This document shows, in pieces, positions 10,366 through 23,200 of a stretch of DNA of 64,000 bases (position 1 is the first letter of the stretch; the number at the start of each line of letters is the position of its first letter). The notes under the pieces are model-generated. The model worked only from the letters and a program-made list of their open reading frames with translations. It searched no databases and had not been told where the DNA came from. Source of the DNA: Squalus acanthias (lineage: Eukaryota); the NCBI GenBank assembly GCA_030390025.1, contig CM059429.1:143158001-143222000 (forward strand), written 5' to 3'. Both the position numbers and the translations under genes were made by a program.

Positions 10366-13264
10366 GTATTTTCTTTTAACTTGTCTTTTGTAAAACAATA
10401 AATGATTCCAAAGAAAGGCACACAAAATAGAAATTTTATAACAGGAACATTAACAGCAATATTGTTAAACGTTAGGATAACAATTTCTGGGATACTTAGA
10501 GTTATCTATAATTGTTATTTACACAAGACTATAAAGAATACTTATTGGGAGACAGAAGAGGGTTAAGTGTTCCATGTTCAATTTTCTATATATAAATTTT
10601 CTAAACTTTCTACAATACATTTTAGGGATCTTTGCACACAGTTACAGCAAGTTATGTCAGCAACTTGATGTGTTGCAAAAGTTGAATAATTTCAAAAATA
10701 ACTCCAGTGCATCATTTCTATGAACTTGCATAACATTACTGTACAATATTTATTTCCATATTCATGACACATGTCGTCCTGTTCTGAAAATGTTGCAAAG
10801 CACAAAAAAAGCCTCTCCCAAGAGCAAATCACATGAAAAATCATGTGGATTCAATAAGGAATTAATAGTATAACAATGACATTGCCTCCCAGTTAAATAT
10901 CCAGTTACTGGAGCACTTGGGTGCGAGCAAGGAATAGAATATAGATCTGATGTATGTCTTTGCAGACTAGGCCTTCCCAGGTTTCAAGCTGCATTGTGAA
11001 ACAAATCCTTCAAGGAGAGATTAGAGAGATGATTATTGGTTCCTTCACAAGATTCCAGCAATGGAAGCAGTAATTATCACTGTAAACCCTCTTGAAGGGA
11101 AAGATCTGGTTCTTGGAGCTCTTAGATCTCCCTTTGGTCCATTAAGATCCTGTAACAAACTAGAATTGCTGGCCTAGATGGGAGCCAAATGCAACACACT
11201 GACCACTAATGCCTCCAAAAAATAATGCCGCTTTTAAGGGCCAGTGCAATGGGATTTAAAAAAAATATTATTCCACGCCAACAAAGGTTCCACCATCCAG
11301 AAAACCTCCACTGAAGATTTACAGTGGAAATGGTTCATTCACTGGCAGTTCTTATTTGTACACAGAAATTGAACTGCTTTCAAATTGAACTGCTCTTTGC
11401 TGGCATACTGGGTACCATCTGCTATTTTGCCTAAGTAGCCAATATTTATCTGCGAGCTCAGAGTGGCTTTAGACAGGTTATTCCACCACGCGGGATATCG
11501 CAGTCAAGCCTGACATCACCCAATTTTCAAAGATGTCTACTTTCAATGAGGGGCACTGGAAAGCGAGCGGGGGCAGAAATCCTGGCCAAAATTCAGAGAG
11601 AAATAGATTAGTGAGTAAGTGAGTGGACAAACAGCTGCTATCACGCTGACAGTTCTCAATAAAAAAGATCAAGAGAGGGTTGGAGGCCAGAGGGAGGGAT
11701 CCAGGTGGATCAGGGATACTGAAGACAGGAGAAAGGGGAAGCCTCCAGAGGTCTGGAGGTAAAGGCAGCAGCAGAAGAGTTCAGCATCGTATCGAGCAGG
11801 CATTCGTTGAGGTGGGGGTGCAGGTGGATGAAACGGAGGATGGATCGTTTGGATTAGAGAAGATAGTGAAAACTGGGCAAGGGGTGAGATTAGAAAGAGA
11901 GATGAGGTTGGAAGCAAGTGAAGAAGGCAATAGATCAGGATGTAGGCTAGCATGCAAGTGTTGTTGAAGCTCACGATTCTTGCTACCTGAAAGGAAAAAA
12001 ATAGATTTTTGTTCAGTGCCAGAGGAGATCAAGGATGATATAGAAAACCTCCAGGTTTCAAAGATATATGTGAAAACCAATTTTAAAACATTAGTACAGA
12101 TGGTTAATGGGAGCAGTTAAGTCACAGAGTTTCACACTGTTAGCCATCCTTTCATCTTCAGCTCTTTCCATTGGTAAATTCTTGAGTAGTTTGGAGTGTT
12201 GAACCAGAGTAGAAAATTTATAAAGAACAGACATTCTACACAAAAAAGTATGAAGTGGTGCATGGCCAACCCCCATCTAACCACAAACCACAGGGGAGTG
12301 AGTGCATGTCACACACATCTGGGGGCCTGCAACATGTTTCTTTAGTAACAATACATCTGAATATCTTTTGTACTACTTTGTATCATTAAATCAGTGTACA
12401 TATGCTGTCTATAAAGAGAGAGCATAAACAGTGCTAAGTGGTGATTTTTCTTTAAAAAAAAAATCAATGCGTGGATTATGTAGTCCCAATGTTACAAAAT
12501 GGTCCAATTTTAAATGCAGCAGCCCTAATGTATCTGTTAATTTATTAATCCAAAGCAGTGCTTACTATAATGTTTCGAGCGGAGGGGAAGGGTAGAAGAA
12601 GCACATTCTTTTCAGGTCACCTTGATCAGAACTGAATACAATCTCAAGGTATACAAAATTATAAATAAAGCTGAGGACAACTAGGTAAACAGTAAGCACC
12701 AGCTTGTCTTTGATTAATGATGACTGATGAGAAATACTGAACACTTGATTTGCAGCCTCGACTTTGACTTTTGGGTCCTTGACCGATGGAGCGTGCTGGC
12801 CGGCTGGCCACGCTTGTGGCGACCGCGACTTTGAGGCCCTGGCCAAACTGGCTTGCAGCTCACTGTATTAAGGCTGGCCAATATCAGGCAGCCCCAGCCA
12901 GCAGCAAAATAAGTGCAGGGATTGGTCACTATTGCAGAGGGTAGGGTCATAGGGTGGCACAAAATTAATTTCAAACTTACCCTTTGCTGGGCACCTCTGG
13001 CTCTATCACCCGTGGCGCACGCTACGACCAGTTCCAATCAAAAATAGCAAATCGGACTGCTAGGACCCCGATATGCATATTTAAAGGGGCCTACTGCCTG
13101 AAACAGGCAAGTGCTGAAGTTCCCCAAATGGTAGCCAGGGAGTTGGCAGCCTGAGAGATATTTTGGTCACTTGAGGCTATGTAAATTTAATTTGCTGGAT
13201 GCAAACCATTAACTTCATAAAACAGTGTTGTTAAATATATAACATCCATTTTTTTCCCTATCAG

Positions 13265-13306
13265 AACCAAAGGAGAGATGATGCTGCTCATAGCGACACC
13301 TATTCC
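13265..13306 (+). CDS. CD247: CD247 coding exon NQRRDDAAHSDTYS (first Tyr of ITAM2)
   Basis: Polypyrimidine tract plus cag acceptor, 42 nt, strong gtaagt donor. Joined to the next exon it gives YSKL. Confidence 0.88.
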
Positions 13307-14734
13307 GTAAGTACAGCGTATGATTTAGAAAATTATCATGCATGCTGCAGAATCTTTATTATCCAAACAGCTCTTTCGTCATTGCTTTTCCCCCCTAATT
13401 GAACATTAATAATAGTGCATGCTTTAAAACTTGGTATTTACCTGGCACAAAATGCATTATAGTTGAATCATCTGCCACGGAATTTGATTGACTTGTAATT
13501 ACCAAGTTCCACTGAACTGTTAATAAGAGAAGCAGCAGCAGAATCCACTAGCTGGAGATGTTTTAAAACCTGATCCCAAGCAATGGTAGATGTGTTCAGG
13601 ATTTGACCAATGGCTGCATAGTTTGGTTCTGCTGTAAAAAAACATTCACCGTCACATAGCCTCCTGCAGGTGAGTGCAAGTTGTGGAACTTGTCTCCAAT
13701 GTTATTCCAATAATTACGGGGAGTCGTAGCAGCTGGGAAACCCAGAAATGTGAGTAACACATTGGTCCTGGCAAATTTATAATTTATTTTTTTCTCCGTT
13801 TCCCAGTTGGCAGCCAGCCAAATTGAGGGGGTGGCTGGCTCGCGGGCGGGAAGGCATGGGCTGGAAGGCCGCAGCTGGGAAGTGGAGAGGAAGGAGGGAT
13901 CGAGCGATTGCGAGGGGGTGCGGGTGCGGTGGTGGGTTGGTTTGAAGAGATTGGGGGGGGGGGGGGGTGGTGGTGGGGGCGGTGGGATTTGAAGAGATCG
14001 TGGAAGATGGTGGGGCGGTTGAAGAGATCACGGGTCGTGGGCGAGATCATGGGTCGGGAGGCCGATCACAGCGAGGGAAGCAGGTTAGCTTGAGGGAAAG
14101 CACACCTGCTCCTCCTGACCCTTAAGCAGCACTGGAAAGGCACTTACCTGATGGATCCGGTCGTTTTCACCTCCCTTCAGCTGTCGGGTTTCCCGAGCCC
14201 TGGGAAACCCAGCCCACAGCCGTTATATGTTAAAAGTCTGTTAAGGCTGCGTGCCTCAAATTTTATTAGCATATTTAAATAATTGAACTGTCTTTCACGA
14301 GCAGGTTAGTTGCCCGCCTCCAACCCTCCTCCGTTGAAGCTGGAAGTGGGCACGTTCGAGACAGGTTTCAGATTTTTCAAATTTTAACCTACTCCCCCAC
14401 CCCTACTCAAAAAAGCCCAATCTGGCATTAACCCTAATGGCACCAGTATCAACATGATAAGGAATGCAGAGGTATCAGCTTTTAAGTCCATCAACTATGG
14501 GCTCAGTCCAGCAAGTGTCATGGATTAATAGAGCATGTACCGATGATTGTCTACAGTGATTTTTGATCATATTTGAGGGAGATGCTGAGCAGAAAGGATG
14601 AAATTCTGCAGAACCAGCTTGTGCTTCTTTTGCACATCTCTTAATGGTTGTTTATAGAACAGCATTGACTGCTAAATTCAATTGTAAGTGAACTGCATTT
14701 TAACTCAAAAGGTCAAAAATAATTTTGTTTGCAG

Positions 14735-14791
14735 AAACTGAATCCCAAGAACAGAAGTGATCCGTACGGCGAACTCAAACCAACTCAGCAG
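14735..14791 (+). CDS. CD247: CD247 coding exon KLNPKNRSDPYGELKPTQQ (completes ITAM2, YSKL-x8-YGEL)
   Basis: ttttgtttgcag acceptor, 57 nt (19 aa, same length as mammalian ELQKDKMAEAYSEIGMKGE), gtatga donor. Confidence 0.9.
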
Positions 14792-14939
14792 GTATGATGA
14801 GCATGGACTGATCCATCAACGGATTACTGTAACTTCCTGGAGATAACCGTATCCAATTATAAATTACAACTTTTCACTTGTATTCAGTATTTAAAGGATA
14901 TGTCCAGTACACTTAGGGTAAAAGCTGCCAGCTTACCAT

Positions 14940-16991
14940 GTCTGAGGGCTCAGCGCAAGTATGTTCCCTTAAAGGAAAAGGGTGGGACTAACAAATCCAG
15001 AGCTCCCTGGATGTCAAGGGGCATACAAGGTAGGATAAAGAAAAAAAGGGAGGCTTATGACAGTTACCAAGTGCTCAAAACCATAGAAAACCTAGAGGAG
15101 TATAGAAAGTGCAGGGTTGAAATTAAAAAGGAAATTAGGAAAGCAAAGAGAGAGCATGAAAAAATATTGGCAGGTAAAATCAAGGAAAACCCAAAGATGT
15201 TTTATAAATACATTAAGAGCAAGAGGATAACTAAAGAATGAGTAGGGCCTATTAGAGACCATGAAGGTAATCTATGTGTGGAGGCAGAAGACGTGGGTAT
15301 GGTTCTTAATGAATACTTTGCGACTGTGTTCACAAGAGAGACACGCTGCAGGCATTGCAATCAGGGAGGAGTGTGAAATATTTGATGAAATAAACAGTGA
15401 GAGCAAGTATTACGGGGTTTAGCATCTTTGACAGTGGATAAATCCCCAGGTCCGGATGAAATGTATCCCAGACTGTTAAGAGAGGAAATAGCAGAGGCTC
15501 TGACCATCATTTTCCAATCCTCTCTGGCTACAGGTGTGGAGCCAGAGGACTGCTAATGTGGTATTGTTGTTTAAAAAGGGAGAAAGGGATAGACTGAGTA
15601 ATTACAGGCCAGTCAGCCTAACCTCGGTGGTGAGAAAATTATTGGAATAAATTCTGAGGGACAAGATAAATCTTCATTTAGAAAGACACAGATTAATCAA
15701 GGACAGTCAGCATGGATTTATTAATAAGGGGAGGTTGTGTCTGACTAACTTGATTGAATTTTTTGTGGAGGTAACAAGGAGGGTCGATGAGGGTTGTGCG
15801 TTTGATGTAGTGTATATGGATTTTAGCAAGGCTTTTGATAAGGTCCCACATGGCAGACTGGTCACAAAAGTAAAAGCCCATGGGATACAAGGCAAAGTGG
15901 CAAGTTAGATCCAAAATTGGCTCAGAAGTTGGAAGCAAAGGGTTATGGTCGAAGGGTGTTTTTGTGACTGGAAGGCTGTTTCCAGTGGAGTTCTGCAGGG
16001 CTCAGTACTAGGTCCCTTGCTTTTTGTGATATATATCAATGATTTAGATTTGAATGTAGGGGGTATGATTAAGAAGTTTGCAGATGATACAAAAATTGGC
16101 CGTGCGGTGGATAATGTAGAAGCTGCAGACTGCAGGAAGATATCAATGGACTGGTCAGGTGGGCAGAACAGTGGCAAATGGAATTCAATCCGGACAAGTG
16201 AGAGGTAATGCATTTGGGGAGGGCTAACAAGGCAAGGGAATACACAATAAATGGTAGGACACTGAGAAGTGCAGAGGAACAGAGGGACCTTGGAGTGCAT
16301 GTCCACAGATCCCTGAAGGTAGCAGGACAGGTAGATAAGGTGGTTAAAAAGGCATACGGGATACTTGCCTTTATTAGCCGAGGCATAGAATATAAGAGCA
16401 GGGAGGTTATGCTTGAACTGTGTAAAACACTAGTTAGGCCCGAGCTGGTATACTGCGTGCAGTTCTGGTCACCACATTACAGGAAAGATGTGATTGTGCT
16501 AGAGAGGGTACAGAGGAGATTTACAAGGATGTTGCCTGGATTGGAGAATTTTAGCTATGAGGAAATATTGGAGAGGCTGGGGTTGTTTTCTTTGGAACAG
16601 AGGAGGCTGAGGGGAGACCTAATTGAGGTGTATAAAATTATGAGGGACCTAGATAGAGTGGATAGGAAGGAATTATTTCCCTTAGCAGAAGGGTCAATAA
16701 CCAGGGGGCATAGATTTAAAGTAATTGGTCAGAAGTTTAGAGGGGATTGGAGGAGAATTTCTTTCACCTGGAGGGTTGTGGGGGTCTGGAACTCACTGCC
16801 TAAAAGGGTGGTAGAGGCAAAGACCCTCATCACATTTAAGAAGTACTTGGATATGCACTTGAAGTGCCATAACCTACAAGGCTATGGACCAAGTGCTGGA
16901 AAGTGGGATTAGGGTGGATAGCTCTTTGTCGGCCGGCACGGACAAGATGGGCCGAATGGCCTCCTTCTGTGCTGTAAATTTCTATGATTCT
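14940..16991 (+). mobile_element. CR1-clade LINE (second subfamily), 5'-truncated and frameshifted, in a CD247 intron
   Basis: ORF pieces with PWMS...NPKMFYKYIKSKR, GVLQGSVLGP, KFADDTKIG and RRLRGDLIEVYK; tail ttctatgattct. Confidence 0.93.
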
Positions 16992-17557
16992 GTATGTCTC
17001 ACTATCAATGCCTTTGTGTATGTGTTATAAACTGAGTAAGTTGTATACCCATCAAAGCAGATGGGCTGAGTTTGGAGAGAACAACAAATTGTTTTGGTGA
17101 CAAAGAGGTCAGTTTTAATTTGTCTAGCCTATCCCACCAACTGGATAAATATTGCACATCTGAATGATCTACATCTCCAGTACAAATGGTATACAGATCA
17201 TTGTCTCCAGTGCAGATGGTGTAGTTTTCATATGATGTGCACATATACCACTGTCAATGTTTATGCTGTCTGTAAAGATACCCCAAGTAGAAACATCCTG
17301 GAATTAAGTTGTGGGATACTATTACAATAAAACACTTCAGGGTAGATTTTCCAAGGACCTTGCCTGTGCCGAGCTCACCTCAGTCTGATTTGCTGATGCA
17401 TGTTCATGACATGCAAGGTGCTACATATGAGCAAGGACTTGGGAAACCCATCTTTAAATGTGTTCATGTGAAATTTAGCATAGACAGTAAGCTATGCACC
17501 TGATAAACACGTGTTTTAGGAATAAGTCAACTTGTATCTTTTTTTTCCACCCAACAG

Positions 17558-17593
17558 AAACGAAGAGGCAAGGGAGGGAATGACATTTACCAG
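17558..17593 (+). CDS. CD247: CD247 coding exon KRRGKGGNDIYQ
   Basis: T-tract plus caacag acceptor, 36 nt, gtagga donor. Matches mammalian RRRGKGHDGLYQ. Confidence 0.93.
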
Positions 17594-17659
17594 GTAGGAA
17601 AGAAATGATTAGAGTTGCTGTCTTCTGAAAAAGACATATGAGTGATATGCAAGCCAGTA

Positions 17660-18170
17660 TGCCGGCCTCCCATCTTCCACCCGACAAACATGAGCTCATC
17701 CAAAACTCTGCTGCCCATATCATAACTCACACCAAATCCTGTTCGCCCATCACCTCTGCTTGCTGACCTACGTTGGCTCCCGGCAACATCTCAATTTTAA
17801 AATTCTCATCATTGTTTTCAAGTCCCTCCATGGCCTTGTCCCTCCCTATCTCTGTAACCTCCTCCAACCCTAAGAAATCTCTGCGCTCCTCCAATTCTGG
17901 CTTCTTGCGCATCCCCGATTTTAACTGATCCACCTTTTTGCAGCGGTGCCTTCAGCTGCCTAGGACCTAAGCTCTGGAATTCCCGCCATAAACTGCTCCA
18001 CCTCTCTTTCCTCCTTTTCGACACTCCTTAAAACCTACCGCTTTGAACAAGCTTTTGGCCATCTGTCCCAATGTCTTCTTATATGGCTCAATGTCAAATT
18101 TTGTTTAATAATGCTCCTGTGAAGCGCCTTGAGACATTTTACTATGTTAAAGGCAGTATATAAATTGTTG
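17660..18170 (+). mobile_element. L2 LINE 3' fragment in the last CD247 intron
   Basis: Colinear with 1465-1945 and carries the L2 tail aaaggcagtatataaattgttg. Confidence 0.88.
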
Positions 18171-18561
18171 TAGGTAGCATATACACAAATCCTGGTAAAA
18201 ATGGACAAATTCTTATATGATTGGTTGCCTAGGAAACCTATTCCACAGGGATTCAAACCTGAAAACTTTTAATCCCTCCCTATCTCCCACCTATATTACG
18301 GAGGATTAAAAATACAAACACCTTAAACAAAGTAAATTTCCGTGATCATGGCGGAGTGACATGCCCACAGGGATTGCACGGTGGAAAATCAGGGCTATAA
18401 TATCTCTGACCCGTATTCACTGCAAGCATGGGTTTCCTGAAGGGCATCATGGAATTATCCCTGTAGAGAAAAATGTATTTAGAGAAAAATGTATTTAGAA
18501 GAAAAGTATTTCCCTTTGATACACACAATTACCTAACAATTTCGGTGGAATTATTTTGCAG

Positions 18562-18645
18562 GGACTGAGTACAGCTACACAAGACACATATGACCAACTA
18601 CAAATGCAGCCATTACCAGCTGTGCCTCCACCCCCTCGTCGCTGA
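18562..18645 (+). CDS. CD247: CD247 terminal coding exon GLSTATQDTYDQLQMQPLPAVPPPPRR* (completes ITAM3, YQGL-x7-YDQL)
   Basis: ttttgcag acceptor. The translation closely matches mammalian [21 protein letters not shown]. TGA stop at 18643-18645. Confidence 0.96.
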   Translation, partial: GLSTATQDTYDQLQMQPLPAVPPPPRR

Positions 18646-19791
18646 GATTCTGAGATTGATATTGCAATACCAAGACAACAGTGGAAAACCTTTAGGATTA
18701 ACTCAATTCCACCAGCATAAAAGTTAATGCTAATCTGGAAATTGTTCCCAACAGTGTTATTTACTTGCAAAATCCAATCTTTTTTTAAATTTGCATTATC
18801 TAAAAAAAAATCACTGTAAAATAAGTATTCTATAGTAACTGTGCCAACACCGGCAAGCTTATCCACCTCTGTAGATCATATTGTATTGGTTGGTACTTTT
18901 CAAGTAATAAGAGAAAAGTAGGTTGAGCCTACACGAATGTTTGAAACAATTAAATTTTTTGTTGCATTTTTGCATAGGACATAATGAAATGCTATGCTAA
19001 ACTGGAGCTGAAAATATTTAAAGTAAAAGGTAACAAATATACCCAAATGGAAATATGCATTTAGAAAGATAAATAGCTTCGAACAGTGCAAAATGGAAAG
19101 AGACGGCATTGAAGCAGAATTAGGGCTTTCAATCCAATTATGAAAACCAGTTGAAATCCAATCTGAACAGGCATTTTTGGATTATTTGAGGATTAAAACA
19201 GCAATTATACAGATAAGGAACCATGTACATACTACTATAAATGCGAAGTAACAAGATCTTTTTAGTTGTAAACATTTTTCTAACTAGCAATTGAATTAAT
19301 TTACTTCAGTGGGGTATTGTATGAGTTGCAGTGATATTGTCTGAAAATAGGTTTTTAGAAAGTGTTGTGCAAGATAGGATGATGTTACCATGCAGATTTT
19401 GGTCTCGCTTTTCTTGGTTGCAACAGAAAGTAAACTACTTGGGTTGAGGGGCAAAACAAAATTTATCAAAAGTCCTATATACCTCAACATAGCTAGATAC
19501 AAAATGGGTCACCATTACATGGTGCTAAGCAGAACAGTGGCTTCAGCATTGCTCAGTTTTCAACTGTGTAGGCATTCATTTGGGGCTAAAAGAACTGTGG
19601 CAATAAGTTTATAGCCAGGATAAAATCTTTTGAGTTCATTTTAATTCCCTCCACTGTTCAACATTTAGGCTTTGAATTTGGCTTACAAAGTAACTTTTTT
19701 TATATATCCATTTTTTTTTAAGGAATATGTATTTATTTAAAATTAGATGATAAATTATCAGGAATATTCAAAAATGCAGAAAAAGGATATG

Positions 19792-19870
19792 AATAAAACC
19801 TAGTTCAATGAAATAAAGCCTTTGTAATCACCCAAGTGCTTTTCAGGCTTGTGTGCCTTTGTATTGTATC
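19792..19870 (+). terminator. Candidate CD247 polyadenylation region (two AATAAA, then a GT/T-rich downstream element)
   Basis: AATAAA at 19792-19797 and 19812-19817, followed by ttgtgtgcctttgtattgt; an AU-rich atttatttaa lies just upstream. Implies a ~1.2 kb 3'UTR. Confidence 0.55.
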
Positions 19871-19989
19871 AGTATTTTCTGCCACTCAAGGGATCTTTGG
19901 CCAAATTTTGTAGTTGTTGCCTATGCATTCAATAGCCACTGCATAAATACAGGAAATGCAATGGCTACTTAGCTCATGTGTGATAGTCA

Positions 19990-20216
19990 CTTTTTAACGC
20001 AGCGAGTTATGATGATCTGTAATGCACTACCTGAAAGGGTGGTGGAAGCAGATTCAATAGTAACTTTCAAAAGGTAATTGGATATATACCTGAAAAGGAA
20101 AAATTTGCAGGGCTATGGGGAAAGAGCAGGGAAGTGGGACTAATTGGACAGTTCTTTCAGAGAGCTGCCATAGGCGTGATGGGCCGAATGGCCCCCTTCT
20201 GTGCTGTAAGATTCTG
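19990..20216 (+). mobile_element. Short CR1 3'-end fragment
   Basis: acgcagcgagtt...tgaaagggtggtggaagcagattcaata...gggccgaatggcccccttctgtgctgta; homologous to 35320-35550 and to the end of 14940-16991. Confidence 0.85.
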
Positions 20217-23200
20217 TTTCTGGGGGACATTTTTATAGATAGTATATCAGCAAGTCAGAAGTAACTGACTCAACTACAACTACTATTAATTACCTTAATG
20301 CCCTGTATTAGGCATGTTTTGTGTTGCATTCTGAAAATAAGGTCCTGGTTGCTTTATAAAGCAGCTTCCTTTGTTTACTAATAATAATTGCAGCAATCAG
20401 ACTAAATCCATCATAATCTGAGCACAACATTTTGAATACTCTGTAAAAAGATCTTTGTAAAGATATACATCCATGAACAAACCAAAAGAACTATTCATAA
20501 TTAAATTTATGCATAGGCAGATCCAGAAAACTGGTGAGATTAGTTGTTTCTTTTAAATGAATGGGCAACCTGAACGCCTACAAAAGGTGAAATTAACAGC
20601 CAATTTTCATTCTCAAGAAATGTAACACCCTGTCTAATTGTTACAATTTGAAGCAGCACTCCAGGGTGCTATTTGTTGTTAACTTATTTTGAATCTGGGC
20701 CTAACTGATTTAGAAAGATGATTCTATTTCTTGCTTAATTTTCTTTTGCTGTTGCTTAAAGAAATTTGTAGTCATTGTTCATTTTACACATTTTTATGTA
20801 TTTAATGTTATGTTTTCTATAATGCCTGTCAACTTTTCTGTATTAAAAAATGCTAGTTATCAAGATTGATTTGAATATTAATAATTCTTTGATTCTTTAG
20901 TCCCAAGGACAGTGTGTCATTTGGAGAATTTATTTTTCAGTGAAGCCCAACAGTTTTTCCAATTAATTGACATAATTACATCAAAATAGATGAAAGTTTG
21001 AGAACTGTTAGAGTGACAATGGTAAACTGACCATGAGCCAAGAATGCATTATTCTAAGAATGTGCATTATAAACCAACACATTTACACTGAATAGCACAA
21101 ATTCTGTAATAGGCAAGATTTAAACAATATAATCTTGATGGCGTTGAAGTGGCGGGTTTCTGGCCTGGCTCTTCATCTCCTGTAAGAATGAGAAGGGAAA
21201 CAGTCCATTAGTTGGTATAAGTAATCCCTCCTTGTAACGCAGCCAGCAAAAGCCAACCAGTTAATTTGTTATGACAAGGTGTATGGAGCGTCCTATAACA
21301 GCATAAAATGTAAAACAGGAAACAAGATGAGCACCAGGCCTTCGTAGCCTTATAAAGAGATACAATAATAAAGAAAAGCCTTATAATGCGAGTGGCACAT
21401 ACATCTTATTCATCATGGTAGAGTGTGGTGGCATCAATACTTGTCGTCACCTAGTACTAGTCTTAAAGTTCTTTGATTAGTTTGCTACACAGCTTTTATG
21501 ACTGGCACAGTGTGAAACAAATATTTGTCCAGAAAAGTTCAGCCAAAACAAATTGCTCATGGCTGTCTTCTGCAATTGTCAATCTAAAAAAAAATCTTTA
21601 CATGGTGGGAAAAGGATAAATTAGTCGGGATTCCAATAATTTTCCAATATGAAATATGCATCACGAGAATTAATTGCAGTGAAATTTTAAAATAATTTAC
21701 TGCAATGAGTTAAAGATGTAATAGTAGAACAGCTATAAGCACAATCATTCTTTGGAACATAAGGACTGATTCTGTAATCTCAAGAGAATGCAGCCACTTA
21801 ATCCTGTTCAGTAACAGAGGGAAGAAATGATCTTAAGATTGTTGTGCATGTGAACATACTTACCCAACTGGAGAGAGCACAGCAGATTTGGTGGGGTCAG
21901 TTAATTTTAATAATTTACATATGCTCCCTATGCAGTTTGAGCCTTGCAGAGGGACCATAATAAAGGGAGTTTGCTGAACATGATGGGCTGCTGCTCAAAC
22001 TTAAAGACAAATGGCCTCATATAGGGAGACAATATTTTTGGAGCCTATTTTAAGGCTCAAAAATATTCACAACAGTTTTTAGCATTTGCAAATGCTACCG
22101 GGGGGCGATGGAAGGAAGAACAGATGTGAGTGGTTCAAAGACAGCATGAGGTATGAAACAGAGTAAATAGTAGAATGGTGCTGGCCTCAACCCAGTTTGA
22201 TGGCAGGTTAAATTGATATTCTGCTTAATGAACTGGGTGCAAGAAAGCTTGCCGATGGGGTCCCCCCAGGGCACTTTCCCCAACGGATATCAGTGCACCA
22301 CATCTAGCAGAAGGTGGCAGTCAGACTGAACGCTGTCCAAAGTTACTACAGAACTTGGAAATAGATGCAGAAGTTGGCACACTTTAAATAATCTGGCACA
22401 GTAAAACTAATTAATAGTAGCATGCACCAGGTATATAGCACATGCTACTAAGTGTAGCTGTCAACCTGTTGTGCATTTACTGCTTGCCCTGCCAAGCCTT
22501 CAGACAACTGTACAAGTTTTTAATTGCATTGCATACATACCCATATCTCAGCAGGCTACACAGTCAAGATGCTGTGTACAATTGGTATCCTTGCCACATT
22601 CACATCTTCCAAGGGCTTCTGGTTCGAAAGGGCAGCCATCAGTGACCCCTGCACTTTTGAGAAATGCATCAATATGGCAATATTGGGCACACATGTTATG
22701 GTATTCAGTGTGAATGGAGATAATAATTTACCATGCTGACCAATACAAAAAGTCACCTACTTGATGCACGCAGTACCTGATATTGTAGCACAAATTGGGA
22801 CTGGGCCATAAATATAACAATTGAGGTCAGGTGCTGAGAAAGAGGTTGCTGATGGATTGTTGTACATCGTGCTGCTTAGGTGCTATTTCAACTATAATTT
22901 AAAATTAAATACAACAGACTGGAGACACAAGGTACGTGTTTTTCTTAGATGATTAACACAAATTGTTTAAGATTAACCATCAAAATAGGTCAAGTACTCA
23001 AAGGTTGTATACTTCAAAAGAATGGACTGCAAAGGTAAGCAGAAAATAACTAAGTTTCCCATCAGCATTTTAAGTCAGAATTTTAATGAACCAAGACGCC
23101 ATTACAAAAATGAATACAAAATGATTAGATAAAATGACCACATTACAATACAAAAAAATCTAGCTGCAATGGAATTCTTTCATGGCAGTTATTGAAGACA

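Noticed and set aside
11668-11990. Purine-rich tract (a similar one lies at 61740-62400)
   Set aside because: Probably an old antisense L2-type fragment, but too decayed to call with support.
18460-18510. 16-bp tandem duplication (tagagaaaaatgtatt) x2 plus a degenerate third copy near the CD247 last-exon acceptor
   Set aside because: Simple slippage duplication with no spacers; not CRISPR-like and no evidence of function.
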